Shown piece by piece: positions 10,611-24,300 of a stretch of DNA of 64,000 nucleotides. Each line of letters starts with the position of its first letter. Positions within the stretch are counted from its first letter, which is position 1. The notes beneath the pieces were generated by a model, which did no database searches, was not told the origin of the DNA, and saw only the letters and a program-made list of their open reading frames with translations. The DNA comes from the human T2T-CHM13v2.0 reference genome, Homo sapiens. The DNA is taken from NCBI RefSeq assembly GCF_009914755.1, contig NC_060930.1, one strand, 5' to 3'. A program made the position numbers and the translations under genes.

Positions 10611-11189
10611 ATAAAGAACTTCTGTGATTGACTCCTGTTATTTTTATACTTGAGGAAATAGAGTGGGAATCAAAATCACCAGTGATCTTGGTCCTCCCAT
10701 GAAGCTAGGTTTGCTGAAGGGGTAACCATTTATGCTGTTTTTCAAGTAAGAAAAGAGAAAAATTTGCCTGTTAAAAAATAAATTGTCAAAGATGGTTTAG
10801 CCTAAATAAACCACAAGTCCCCACATGAATTTCACATGCAGGATTCCTGAGATTCGTACTGAGACTGAAACCCTGTAAGCAATGTCCCATCTCTCTCAGT
10901 TTTGTTTGCAGTGCATCATCCGGGAACAATCTCTTTCCTTTTCTCTTTTCCATCCTACTTATTTTGCAAGACAAACCTTTTGCTCCGATGCTACAGAACA
11001 AATCCAAGTCTACATATGCAGAAAACCTCCTCCCTGCTATCTCTTCTCTCCCATACTAAAGACCATTTCCCTCCATGGGTTTAAGTCTCCCCCCATATAT
11101 GAGTCAGAGACAACCAGTCTGACTTTTGTACTAGTTATATTATGATGACCCCATCAGAAGCACCACTATCACAAACAGAATGGCAGTTA

Positions 11190-11430
11190 ATATCATTGAG
11201 TCCATGTTTCTATGGTAAGTGCTTTACATACATTTTCTCATCTAATCACCAAACAGTCCTATAAGTAGGCATTACTATCAACTCCATTCCAGATGGGAAA
11301 ACTGAGGTTAAGAAAGGTTAATTTATGTGTTCAGGGTCACACAGCTGATGTGGCAAAGCTGAGATTTAGCCCAGTTCTGTCTGACTCCAAGGCCTACCTG
11401 TGCTCTAAACCACAACTCCATAACGCTACC
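11190..11430 (-). mobile_element. MIR
   Basis: MIR core CAGATGGGAAAACTGAGG...AGGGTCACACAGC...TCTGACTCCAA. Confidence 0.85.
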
Positions 11431-14129
11431 CTAAGACAACTAAACTATAATGGAGTCTGCTCACGTTGCAAAGCAATTTTTTCCGAAGTATAAATTTCAC
11501 AGGTGTGCTACAAAAGATGCTAACATGATCAATACTTGAAAATGCAAATGCAATCATTATATTACGTTCACCTCAGAACACAAAAGCTTGATTGCATAAA
11601 AATGCTGCTTTTATTAGTAAACAGGAGAAGGTTGAAACTGTGTGCAGTTTTTATATTGCTTTATCACTACTGGTTTAGAGTATAAAAATTTGATCAAAGC
11701 AACTTCTTAAGAATTCAGTTTCATTTATATTTTCAGTCCTCAAACATAAGTATGGCAATGGTACATATCAGAGACATTAACGACACTTGTATAAAAATGG
11801 AATTGAATGTTGGCATTGTAATCCTCATTTTTTATCCAGTAGAATTTGGGGAAAAACATACTGAAGTGACTCTGGAAACCATAGCTTAGCAAAATGCCAT
11901 AAAGCAAAATATTGCTATCTGATATCTGATATCAAGTGTTCAGGAATTACATTTTCAATAAAAGCATCTCTCTTGGGCTTCTAACACCAAAACCAAAAGT
12001 ACAAGATTATAATTTTATGATGTGTGTCACTTAGAGAAAAAAAAGACTCACTTTTTTCTCCACTTACTTTGATGTTATCAAAACAAGTCATCACCCTAGT
12101 TGCTGCTCCTTTCTCCTTCATGAAGTAAGAGACTTAATAGGGGAAGATACGTCTGCACCAAAAAGGGTACTCTAGATTTTACTGGCAATTGGAAGGAAAG
12201 ATATGGGTTATTAACTAATCCCCTCACCATCCTTTGGGTAGAAACCTCCTCAAACTTCTCTTTTAAAGAATCTAGTGAATAGTTCAGGAATGGTTCAAAA
12301 ATGAGACTCCTGAACTGTGCTGGACCTGAGAGTGTCCAGACCAAGGTGGCCTTTGATCTCCTGAGCACTCATTCTCAGTGCAGGCGCCCAAACCCAGGTG
12401 TCACCCAAATCATTTGCAACTTAGCACTGGAAGCATTTGGAAGGATTTGTTAGAGAGCCGCAGTAATCAAGGACCATGGAAATCAGGTGCAGACACGTAA
12501 GTCAGAAAAACAGCTTTGAAAACTTGTATTTCTAATTTAGAAGCAGACTTTGTCTATTGACTGCTCGTGTATGCGCCTGATCGGTGGCAGTGTTCGCTCT
12601 AACCTAGCCCAGTGGGAAATTACTATCACCTTGGCTTGAAATCAGTCAAAATTCATGGAAATCGCCATATGGTGTGATTTCTGCTTTGTCAGGACGTGAG
12701 GAAAGAACACCCTTCCCAGATTATACCCACTGAGGGAGCAGCTTCTTATTGAGTTGCATCTGAAGGTAGAAGCGTGTTGCTAACTGATAGCTGATGGACT
12801 GCACTTGTAAAGGTCTCCTGTTGAACCGTCTCTTAATTTTTTAAGAAATGTAAATTCTTTAAAATATCAAGGAACAAAGTTATATTCTGATACATTTTCA
12901 TTTGTTCTTCCTAGGAAAAAACAATTTCTCTTATAAGATTAGAAGTTGCCTCAAAATCACAGGTGATGGAAGGATTCAGTTAACTCACAGTGTCAACCAA
13001 AGAATGTCACCTTTCATGAATTATAGATTTTCTACAGTACTGTTTCATCTTAGCAGCCCACCTGAAGTGGCAGGGAGTTAAAAAGAAATTTCTCTTTAGT
13101 GTAGTCTCCTTTTTTTTCTTGATCAACTGCTTTAACTATATTCTATCAATTCCTAGACCTACTTTTTAAAAAAAACAATTGAACATCTCTGAAATGTGTT
13201 TCTTAAAATTTATATGTTCATTAAGTCACAGCATTTATTCTTTCTTAATTTGAATGAAGCATGGTATTTCCAAGGTTATTTACCTAATCTAAACCTCCAT
13301 GTATCCTCAGACTTCCTTTCTTATAAATATCCCCAAAACTATTTTGGGACTCATATACCTATGATGTGAAGCAGAAATCTTTCTCGTAGCTGTGCTCAAA
13401 GCTAGCCAGCCTGCTGCTTTTCCCAGCATACAGGCTCTTCTCTATACAATCTATACTCTTTGCTCCTCACCTGGGGCCTTGGGCAGTGACAGACCCCTGC
13501 TGTGGCCTGACCTTATCTCATTCCAGCCCAAAGATGAGCAATTCTCACTATGTCATCTACCATTGATTACCACCACCCCAAATCCCACCCTCCCAGGCCT
13601 ACCTTATTTTCAATATTTTTATTGATCTTTCCAAGGACATTTGATAACTGGAAATAAAGTAAAAAATGTAAGAACTAAAAAGAAACTGACAGAGAAGCTG
13701 TGAATGGGACACCCTTATAAAGGAGTCCTCAAATAAAGAATATGTCTTAAAATATCCAAGCCCTGGCACCACCTTGTATATCAATCATAATTTCTGGGAT
13801 CTTCCTTGGCATTGCCGAGACTTTCTGGAGGATGGTTTAATGCCCCAAAATTAGATTAGGGTTGGCCTTGTGCCTCTACAATAAAATAAGCAAAAATTCC
13901 TCTTTTTATTCTCTAAATTGGAGGATGCAAACTGACACCGCCTAGGCTTTATATAGCTGCTTCCATGTTTATCTGGTTATTTTAGCTGTTCACATGGTAT
14001 TTGAAAAGGCAAATTAGGCACTTGTTACTCCTGATTGTAGCATGAGCTGCTTAAGCAGCACCTCTAGTAAAAACATGGAAGTCGCGTGTAGAGGAGGTGG
14101 CTGGGAGAAAAGAGGCTGATATGTTGATA

Positions 14130-14700
14130 AACTAATAGGACATTTAACTTGGGAGGTAAGAAGTGAAACTAAAATGGGAAACCAATAACAGAACAGGGTG
14201 GACTGTCCATGGGAAGTCTCTGGCAGGGTGTTGGTACCAGGAAGTGCAGCAGGAGTTTAGGAGGCTGGAGACCCAGGCTCAAAAGACTTTCACTAGTGTG
14301 AGGTTAGAGCCACAGGGGACTATGAGGCTGCAGAGGCAGAGGGTGCAGAGAGAAAAGATGAGCACCAAGTCTAAAACCTGGGCGGACAGCCACACGTAGG
14401 AGATCTGAGGCAGAAAATAAATTCATGGAAGAAACAGGTATAACTGAGGGATAGAAATAGCAGGATATCACGTCACGAAACCTGAGGCAAGAGACACTCA
14501 GAAAAGGAGTGGTAAATGTTATCAAATGACAGAGAGGTCAAGGAGAGGAGCAGAAAAAAAAAAGAAAAGTGGAATATGACATTTGGAAGGTAACTCAAGA
14601 GGACACTGTCAGTAGCATGGGAGGGCAGAAGCCAGATTTTACAGGGTTAGGAAGTGAGTGTCTACAGAAGGAGACAGAGCCTGAAACTTCTTTCAGCAAG
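14130..14700 (-). mobile_element. L2 fragment
   Basis: L2-like purine-rich phrases (GAGGTCAAGGAGAGGA, GGAGGGCAGAAGCCAGATT). Confidence 0.6.
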
Positions 14701-15471
14701 CCAAATGTGCTAGAAAAACTGCAGAGAACACAAGCCATGTTTGTAACTTTCTGTAATCACTAACCAGTAATATCATTTGTTGCATACTTGGTAAAAGGTA
14801 CACTTATTTTGTCTCAGTACATTCTAGGAACCTTCTAGCTACATGTTTCAAAATTACCCCTTCTCTCAACATATTAATCAATCCACTGTTTGTGCAGCAA
14901 ACATTCTTTATGGTCAGGATCAGGGCTTGGAAATTGACGCTTTTCTAAGGTCAGTGGCAACACTCTAGTTCTGGCTTCCTTCTTGCCACTCAGCAGCTGC
15001 CCTTCTAGAATTTACTGAAAACAATTCCCCTGCCAGAAACATTTGCCAGTGCTATATTTATTGATTTCAGAAAGCTGTGACAAACAACCACGATGCAGTG
15101 TGTAGTAAATTGTCAGAGTACAGTGTGTCACCTAAAGCTCTGAATTGACTTAGGTCAACACTGTCAAATCACCAGAAAACAATGGTTTTTGGGCACACCA
15201 AATCTGCCTTTAAGTTGCTCTTTTGGAGGGTCATCAAACTTCAAGCTTAATTTCATGTTAATTGTTCTCCAATCAACCAATTTTTTGCATGTGCACTGTG
15301 TAATGCCATGTTAAAATAAGCATGGGGACATTTGGCTAATATTATGACCCTTTTGAAGCCAGAAATTTACTTCACTATAAGGGCTTTTACACATCAGATT
15401 AGCAACCTCCTCTCTGCTAGCCATGTTATGTTTTATCTGCTATGTGTTTGCCCATTTAAAAATACTAATCA

Positions 15472-16570
15472 AGTTGAAAACCATGTTCACATAAAGACCT
15501 GCACATGGATGTTTATAGCAACTTTATTCATAATTGCTGAAACCTGAAAGCAACCAAGATATTTTTCAGCAGGTGAATGGGTAAACTATAGTACATCCAG
15601 ACAATGGGGTATTATTCAGTGCTAAAATGAAATGAGCTATCAAGCCATGAAAACACCTAAAGGAAACTTAAATGCATGTTATTAAATGAAAGAAGCCAAT
15701 ATGAAAAGACTGCATACTGTATGATTCTAACTATATGACGTTCTGTAAAAGATAAAACTACGGAAAGAGTAAAAAGATGAGTAGTTGCCAGAGGTTGGGA
15801 GAGAGAAGAATTAATAGCCAGAGCACAGATGATTTTTACGGCAGTGAAGTTATTTTGTATGATACCATATTGGTGTATCCATGTCATTACATATTTGTCC
15901 AAACTCATAGAGTGTTGATACGGTTTGGATGTTTGTCCCCTCCAAATCTCATGTTGGAATGTAATCCCCAATATTGGAGGTAGGGTGTGGTAGGAGGTAA
16001 TTGGGTCATGGGGACAGATCCCTTGTGAACATCTTGGTGCCATCTTCATGGTAAACAGTGAGTCCTCACTCTGTTAGTTCATGCAAGATCTGGTTATATA
16101 AGAGTGTGGCCCCTCCTCGCTCTCTCTGTCTCTTGATTCCACTCTTTCCATGTGACATGCTGGCTCCCCTTTGCCTTCTGCCATAAATATAAAGCTTCCT
16201 GAGGCCCTCATCAGAAGCAGATGCCGGCACCATGCTTCCTGCATGGCCTGCAGAACCATGAGCCAAAATAAATTTTTTTTCTTTAGAAATCACCCAGCCT
16301 CAGGAAGTTCTTTACAGTGACATAAAATGGACTAATACAAATGTACAACACCAAGAGCGAACTCTAATATAATCTGTGGACATTGGGTGACAATGATGTG
16401 TCAATGTAGGTTCATCAGTTGTAACAAATGTACCACTCTGGTGGGGGAGATTGACAGTGAGGGAGACTATGCACATGTGGAGTCAGGGATCTATGGGAAT
16501 CTGCACCATGCTGCTCAATTTTGCTATGAACCTAAAACTGCTGTTTTAAAAAGTCTATTTTTTTTTAAAG
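15472..16570 (+). mobile_element. L1MC-type 3' end, interrupted by an MST LTR
   Basis: L1 3' sequence (GTTTATAGCAACTTTATTCATAATTGC; TGTAACAAATGTACCACTCTGGTGGGGG). Possible decayed TSD AAAATACTAATCAAGT / AAAGTACTACTCTAGT (13/16). Confidence 0.85.
15916..16339 (+). mobile_element. MST (MSTA/B-like) MaLR solo LTR
   Basis: TGATACGGTTTGGATGTTTGTCCCCTCCAAATCTC...GGACTAATACA. TSD AGTGT/AATGT. Confidence 0.88.
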
Positions 16571-16929
16571 AAAGTACTACTCTAGTCTATTTTTTAAAAA
16601 GTATTTATAGTAGAAAAGATAATATAAAGTTGTCATCAGGAGAGGCAAGATAGCAACTCTGGACCATACAGTCATTTCCTTCAACAATGTTCTTCATCTT
16701 GAGTCCCGAGCCACATCTTTGCAAACTGAGAGCATTAGTTCTGTCTGTGCACCCAGCATTGATTGGACTCACTAATAAAGCTGATTCCTTAACTGGAGTT
16801 GAGCTTATGTTGATTGAGCCTGAGAAGATAATAAAGGAAATGCCTGTTTATTAGTTTGCCATAAGAAATCTAATTTTTGAGTGAATCAGGAATTCAGCAC
16901 AGTCTTTCAGCACATTCTTCTATAGTAAA

Positions 16930-17160
16930 ATTAATCTGGTGTAAAAGAACAGGAGACTTGGCGTCAGGTAGGCCTGGCCTTCACATCTTATCTGCCACTC
17001 ACTGACTGCAGGATTCTGATCAATTAAACCCTCTATGCCATAGTGTCCAAATCAGGGTAGTTGGTGCAGTAATAGGGTATTTTTCATGAGGTTATTGTGA
17101 TAAATAAATGAAGAAATTCACTTAAAATGTTTATGACAATAAAAGTAAATGCTCAATAAA
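16930..17160 (+). mobile_element. MIR
   Basis: Decayed MIR ending ATGCTCAATAAA. Confidence 0.6.
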
Positions 17161-18369
17161 AATTTACAACTACATGGAGACATGAATCATGATCAGATTA
17201 TTTGGCAACAATGGAATCAGAGAAACAGTGGTTCAATAGAGAATCTTACTCCATCAGTATTTGCTTCTGTGTTATTTATCATGCATAGAAAGAACCTCCT
17301 CTACCCAGAGCTATACAATTATTCTCCTATATTTTAATCTAGTATTTTATGGTTTTATTTCTCACATGTAAATCTTTGCTCCCTCTAAAATATATTTTGT
17401 TTAAGGAGTCAGCTTTATTTTTTTCCTTAAATTGTTACTCAGTTATACCATTTCATCATATTTTTATCCTATTTTCTCTCTTGAAGGATAAATTTCTGGG
17501 GGTGGGGCATACTTTCGCACCATATTTGTTCTTTGCTGGTATGATATTCTTTTTCTAGGAATTCTATCTTTGTAACTTTGAAGTAAAGCACATATGGCTA
17601 TAGTTTTAGGTGACTTTACAGATCAACATAACAAAGCTTCCTTGGAAAGGAAACATTACACTGGGATATCTCTCCAGTTAGAGACCACAGGTCAGCACAA
17701 ACCCTGACATGTTGCTCTCATCACCTGGTAAGGGGCTTATTTCCACAGAAGACGGCTTGGTCCCATGAAAGGGGTAAAGGGCCAGGAGCGAAACACCTGA
17801 GTTCTCCTCTAGAAAATTATTTAATTTCTGAGCCTTAAGAGCTCTCATTTGTAGAATGAGTAAAATAATACCTATCCTTTTTACCTCTCAAGAGTGTATA
17901 AGGATAAAAATATATCATAGAAATGCCTGTGCTTGGAAAAAGCAGTATTTCCCTCCCACATAAGGGGGTGTTGTGGGCCATGTGAGGCTTAAAAAGATCT
18001 TTGACCAGCCTATGGGAAGTACCTTTTGATTTCCCCAAAGGGAAAGGGGTTGTGGGAAAAGGAATCTGGGAAATCAGGGTTGGATTTGGAAAATTTGGAA
18101 CAATATTGGTATAGTTAGGGACTTTACAGGAAGTATGAGTGACTTTATCAGTATCTCCTGATTAGAAGTGACTGCAGCTATTAGACCTTCTGCAATGCCG
18201 GGGCACAAAGACTCTATATAATGATTGCAGATGACATACTTGATTTGCAGGCTAATGGAACCGAACCAGGGGAACTCCAGGCTGTGGCTTCACATCTTTG
18301 CCCTGCAATTAACCCTCCATTTTCCAAGTGACACACTCAAATACACACACACACTTCATTCACAATTGC

Positions 18370-18845
18370 TGTGGTGGCCATGGGCATATGTTGCTCAGGT
18401 CTCCCTTTAAGAGAAAACGAGCCCTGAGGAGTGTATGCAGCTTCTAGTTAAGACACCTTGGATCCACTTTGAAAACCTTTGGATCCACTTTGAGAACCTT
18501 TGGATCCACTGTGGTATTCTTGCTAAGGTCACGTTCTCTCCAGGTTGCTCCTAAATGATGATTGAGTAAAGAAGGGGAAATCAGCCCAGGAACTTATAAG
18601 GGAGGGACTTCCATAAAAGGAAAACCCCTATCCTCGCGGATAAGACTTTCTAGGCTCATTGCCGTCTGAGGCTCTCTTTCCTGATCCTCTTTCTGTCCCT
18701 TTCTCCATTCACAGGTGTCAGACATTCAACTCAAATTAATCGTGTCTCTACCAATTCCTACCCCCTCCCAGGTGTTTTCGTGAACAAATTTCTTGCACAT
18801 CTAATTCTGTCTTGGTATCTACTTGTCTTAAGACTCTAACATGTC
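18370..18845 (+). mobile_element. LTR16-family (ERVL) solo LTR
   Basis: TGTGGTGGCC...GCTCAGGTCTCCC...CTTGCACATCTAATTCTGTCTTGGTATCT, similar in layout to 54574-55032. Confidence 0.65.
18456..18510. repeat. 21-bp tandem repeat x~2.6 (CCTTTGGATCCACTTTGARAA)
   Basis: GGATCC at 18460, 18481 and 18502. Confidence 0.9.
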
Positions 18846-19279
18846 CACTCACTATTCCACTCCTAATTTACAGATATTTCTTCTCTCAGATTTTAGGAGG
18901 ACGGCCATTACAGCGTAGGACTCAAGAGGACACCATTCACATCACAGTCTTTATGAGTGACATAACCTGAAGTTGTGCAGGACATTACTGTCACGGCCTT
19001 ACACTGCAGCCCCGTTTGGGCAGGGGGGCGGGGGCAAATTTATTAAAATGGCTTTAATAAGGCATAAGCATCCCCCTAGATCTGGAATTCCTGCTCTGTT
19101 TCTGAAAAGCCTGCAGACCTTTTCTTCCAGAACAGTATGCTGCTCGAACATTTCTAAAGCACTTCAACTGGGGCTGTACCTACAGGATCAAAGCAAGCCA
19201 AGCGATTCTCACAGTGGTCAGTCTAATTGGCTGCAGTTGTTTCAAAGCCTTTGCAGTGGCGGCAAATAGTGCTTTAGGG

Positions 19280-19636
19280 CACAGGTCTGCGAGCTGCTTC
19301 CGTAAAGAACCAGATAGTAAATATTTTTGGCTTTGCAAGCTGCATAAAGTTTCTGTCACCACTACTCAAGTCTTCCATTGTAGCGTGAAAGCAGAGATAA
19401 TACATAACACAAATGGGCATGGCTATGTTCCAATAAAACTTTATTTATGGTCACTAAAATTGGAATTTTATATAATGTCCACATGTCACTAAAAAAATCC
19501 CTTGATTCTTTTTTCAACCGTTTAAAAATGTAAAAACCATTCTTAGCTGCAAGTCGTACAAAAACAGATGGCAGGCCAAATACAAAAGCAGGTGGTGGGC
19601 CAGATTTGGCCTGCAAGATGCATTTGCTGACCCCTG
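19280..19636. mobile_element. MER58B-like hAT-Charlie DNA transposon
   Basis: CCAGATAGTAAATATTT...GTTCCAATAAAACTTTATTTA...TTTGCTGACCCCTG. 8-bp TSD CTTTAGGG/CTTTAGGT. Confidence 0.85.
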
Positions 19637-21082
19637 CTTTAGGTCAATCATTAGAGGGTCACTCCTGGGAGAAGATGAGTGAAGGATGCCACTGGGGCTA
19701 GACCGTAACTTTCTAGCCTAGTTTGGACCTTGAAGACACAGGATCAACCTTGATTAGAAAATGACTAGTTTGGGAGGAAGGGGAGAAGCTGTCTTTGTAT
19801 TCCTTTCAGAGTTAAGTTTACAACTAGATCCTCTGCCTCACTGGCATCAAAAAGGTTGAAAATGTTGCCTGCTGGTTTCTTGCAATGCTCTGAAAGTTTT
19901 TAAAGATATATCCCTTGGGTGATTATATTTAGTGTGAAAAATCATACTTTATACCCCAAGATGGCTCCTTCTTTGTGGACAGCCCCCTGTATATATAACC
20001 TGCTACAGATTAGGGAACATTCTCCCATTGCATACATCAGACCTTTGTATTCCTCAGTATGTTGTTAGTTTGCTTGTTTTGGTTTGAGGGGGAGAAGGTT
20101 GTGTTTTTTTAGGAGTTACTGGGGGAAAAAAAGATTAAAAAAAAAGCCCCTTCACTTTCCACCACGTTTACTGAACTAATAAGCACTGCTATGAAAATGC
20201 AATATTCTGTATGATTTATTTGATCGCACTGTTCTCTGATGCCATATCTAATTTTTCCATCCTGACCTTTCCTAAGATTCTGCTGGCTCTTACATAGGGA
20301 TTTAAGTAAAAGGGCAAAGCATTTTGCATGAATATAAAAACAGAGTAGGAATTCCATAAAATCGATAGAAGCAAAAGAAACTCAGGGCAATTAATGGCAT
20401 TCATTGAGTCCACTTGCTCTCAGGGAACTTACTATCATACCCTACACAGCAAAACCCTGGAGAACGTGCTGTTTAGCTCTTCCTGGAAGAAAGAGGGCTA
20501 GAAAGAATCAGAGGAAACAAGGATGTCCACAGGGTGAAATCAAACATTTATTAGACTACTGTTTTTGGCCTTTCTAAGAGTAAAGATTTGAGTTGTTAGT
20601 AATGCTGTGCATAAGTGTGACCCAGCCCCTCCTCCAAAAAATAGTCTTTTCTACCAAATGCAAGCCCTACTCCAAAATTAAATCCTCTCAATATTAAGGA
20701 TTTTACTACCAATAGCCATAAAAAAAATAGGAAATACTATAAACAAGAAACATGGGAAATTATAGAATTTCAGAAATGTTAGCAAGTTCAGACAATATGG
20801 TCCCATCCTATAATTCCTAATATCCTGGCCAAACTGAGTTGGTAGCTGGAAACCCCATTGGTGTCCTGTTCTGCTTTTGTTTCTGAAAGTGGAACTCCAT
20901 AAAACTTATTCCTCCTCCATCTGACCCAAAGAGAAAGGTCCCGCTGACATGCTTCCTGGAATGAGGCTCATCTCAGACTCCTATACTAGTGTGAAGGACA
21001 CAAAATAAATGCTCCTTTATTTCAAGCAAGTGAATTGTTCTTTGAGGACCTCTAGGTCCTATTTCACAAAAAGGGTTAGCTG

Positions 21083-21330
21083 TTAAGAAGACAGAGTGGT
21101 TAAGAACATAGGTTCTGGGATCCAAGTACCTAGGTTTAAATGCCATGGCTGCCCCTGCCTCATTCTTTGAACTTGGAGAAGTTTCTTGACCTCCATAAAT
21201 ATTATTTTCTCATCTGTAAAATCAGAATAATAATATAACCTAACTCCTACGGTTGTTTCAGTATTAAGAGCTAATCTATAATGAGTCCTCAATAAATGTT
21301 AGTAGGTATTACTATTGTTATTGTTATTTG
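21083..21330 (+). mobile_element. MIR
   Basis: GTGGTTAAGAAC...TTTCTCATCTGTAAAAT...CTCAATAAATGTTAG. Confidence 0.85.
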
Positions 21331-24300
21331 GAGCCCTGCATACTCATGGTACCCACTTCAATTCACAGTCAATGAAGAGAAATGAGCCTCATACCTCTTC
21401 CTGAGAACCCATCATTTAGATTCAGTCAATACTCTGGGTTATCTAGTGATATTCAGTTTTAAGGGGCAAGCTGAGCTAAAAATCTATACATGAATATAGG
21501 TTCAAAAGTTGATATCTCACTTACATGCAGCCCCATAAATTTTCAAGATTAAAAAACCAGCATCATTACCTTCAAGAAGTTTTGTGGATTCACATCAGAA
21601 TGCCAACTAGGAAATCAATATTTTAGCAACAGTAAAACCTGAAACAGTGGTCCCCTAAGGAGTGCTGTGAGGGCTGGGTGAAGCAGTATCTGAACCAGTT
21701 GTTTATTGGCTATGAAGACAATAGTCAACAAAGAAGATATTTATTAGAGGCTGCCATTATTTCTTAACAAACCAAGTCCACTTATGTTGAATTACGGAGA
21801 TACCCACAGAAGCAGGATGATTAAAATAGTAACTGGACTATTTTACATTACAGGAATAAGTACTCACCATGATTTTGCTTATATGAAGACAGTTCCTAGG
21901 ATAAAATTATGGATAGCTTCCATGAATTGTTTGAAGTTTGGACTTCTTGTGGAGGTTTCAGGTAGAGAAGTCATCTCTGCCCATCATAAGCAACTTTATT
22001 AATAACCATCTCATGTAACTCTGACACTCAAAAAAATTTCATAAACATATTCAAAGCCACTGTGTAGGAAAAAATAAAAGACATGAGTTCTAAAACAAAA
22101 AAGGAAATTTAAAAAGCCATTTGCAATTTGAAAGATTATACAAATGGAAAAACACAAGAAAAGAAATAACTGATACAGCAGCACATGGGTTAGGATTTAG
22201 GGGGCCATTTAAGAAAAATTCTGTATCTGCCCTGAGCACAAACCACACTTTGAGAGTTAAAGGTTTTCCTCAGTTGTGAACAATGCACATTCTAGAGCCT
22301 GAACTTGAGGGCTACTGAACCACAGAGATGGTATGCAGGTATCCTCAGAGGTGTAATCAATACTCACGTTCATATGCATCTCAGGAAATCATTTAGTTAC
22401 CTTATTTTTTAAAACTCTGAAGACCAAAGCCATAGCCAATGTTTTAACCAGTTTCTAGCCACAGAAAACTGGCCCAAGAAACCATGTCTTCTGTTGTATT
22501 CTAAATTTCATTTGGGCCATATATGATTTCATTTAAGTATGTAAATAATTATTTTTAATTCCCTAATAAGAAGAAGCACAAATTTATCTGATATGATGAG
22601 CTCAGGCTAGACTCCTGTTTGGCTAGCTGTTTTCATGAGGCTGTAACTCCATCTCAGCAGATTGTTTTCCACATTTGTGCTCCCTTCCACCTACTGTTAT
22701 GATGTTCATGGGAGATAATGTTGGCATCAGTACCTGGATTGCAAAGAGGATTCATCCAGGTACCGATGCCAACATTTCACCAAGTCATTTGCAAGATGAT
22801 ATATTCCTCCGATTAAGGGAAGTTTTGATCTTGAAGTTGCTTTCCAGATTCATGACTGCATGGCTTTTGACATATTAGTGGTCTCTCTGTTAGAAGACAG
22901 AATTTATTTACAGTAGCTGAGCCCTCATCACCACCAAACCTATCCTTCATAGCACTGGGGTCAATATCCAGTTGAATTTAAACACCCTGGGAAAAGTCAC
23001 TTCAATATTATGATTGGATGATACACATGGACTATGCATTACAGAAAATTTTGATACTGCTCAAATTAGGGTCTAGATCCTTTTAAGCCTTTTAAATATG
23101 TTATGACTTGGAATTATTGTTTCAGTATTGGCCAGTCTCATGTACTTTAGAATATCAAGCCTGTAAATAGGAGATCAAGTTTCTTTTGCCAAAGACTCAT
23201 CTTCTCCCTTTAGCTACTATTAATAAAACATTCTATTTTAATGTGAATTAACTTTGAAAAAGAGGTTGCAGCCCATAATAAAGGATTTTACCATGATGTG
23301 AAGCAAAATACATACTCATTATAAAAATCATAATAAAAGTAAATCCTGCATATCAAGGACTTGAGTGAATTGGAGCCATAAGACAAAAAAGAAGCTGATC
23401 ACACATTTACTAAATATTAATTATCTACTGAGCCATGAAATAGATTAAAGTTCTAAAAATAAATATTAATGGAGAGTTTCTGCCAGTACTATCCAAGAGA
23501 ATATATTTTAACAGTGAATATATCAAGTGAGAATTTCTTTTCCCCAGAATTAAAACAAGCTAAAACTTCCTTTTAAAAAGAAATCCTCTACTAGTTTGAA
23601 TTAGTATAACCTCCGTACATTTGTTATCCTTTAAGCATTGATTATTTGGGACCTAGAAAGTCGTCCTAACCTTGCAGTCTTTTGAGAAAGCTCTATGCAC
23701 AACCTTGTCAAATGCCTGCATGTTGACTTAGTTTTGATGAACATCTTGGTGACTTTAATAGAAAAATTTTGTATCCTAGCTTTTTCTCTATTACTTCATA
23801 GTGTAATTTTAGATAAATTCTTTAAAAGAACAATGGAAAAGATGTTTAAGATTCTACCATTTTAACAGATTTGTCATTCTGCTTCTTGATTTAACCACAC
23901 ACAAAAAAATTAACTCACACTTCTAGAGGTAATTACAAAATTTATATATTCATAGAAAACCAGCATACAAGTAGATGATATCACAATTTGATATTTATGA
24001 AATGCCAGTTTTCCATAAATATAGAAAAATCAGCAATTATCACTGGAGCTGTTTATTAACATTTGGAAGCCAATAAATAACAAATGGGCTCACTATTCAT
24101 TAAAATTCCTCAATAATATAACAATCATTCCCATCTCAAAATAGTCCTATGTGATATCCATGTTTTGACTTCAGAGTTACTTACACTCGTCAGATTATAT
24201 CTAAAATAATACTTGCTAACATATTCTTATTAGCCTTTTCCTATATTTTCTTAGATATTTACCAGCGTTAACTCTTTTTTAATTCCTGCATGTGTTTGTG

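Noticed and set aside
18456-18510. Regularly spaced repeats resembling a CRISPR array (also 33611-33759)
   Set aside because: These are head-to-tail tandem units without unique spacers, inside LTRs of a mammalian genome.
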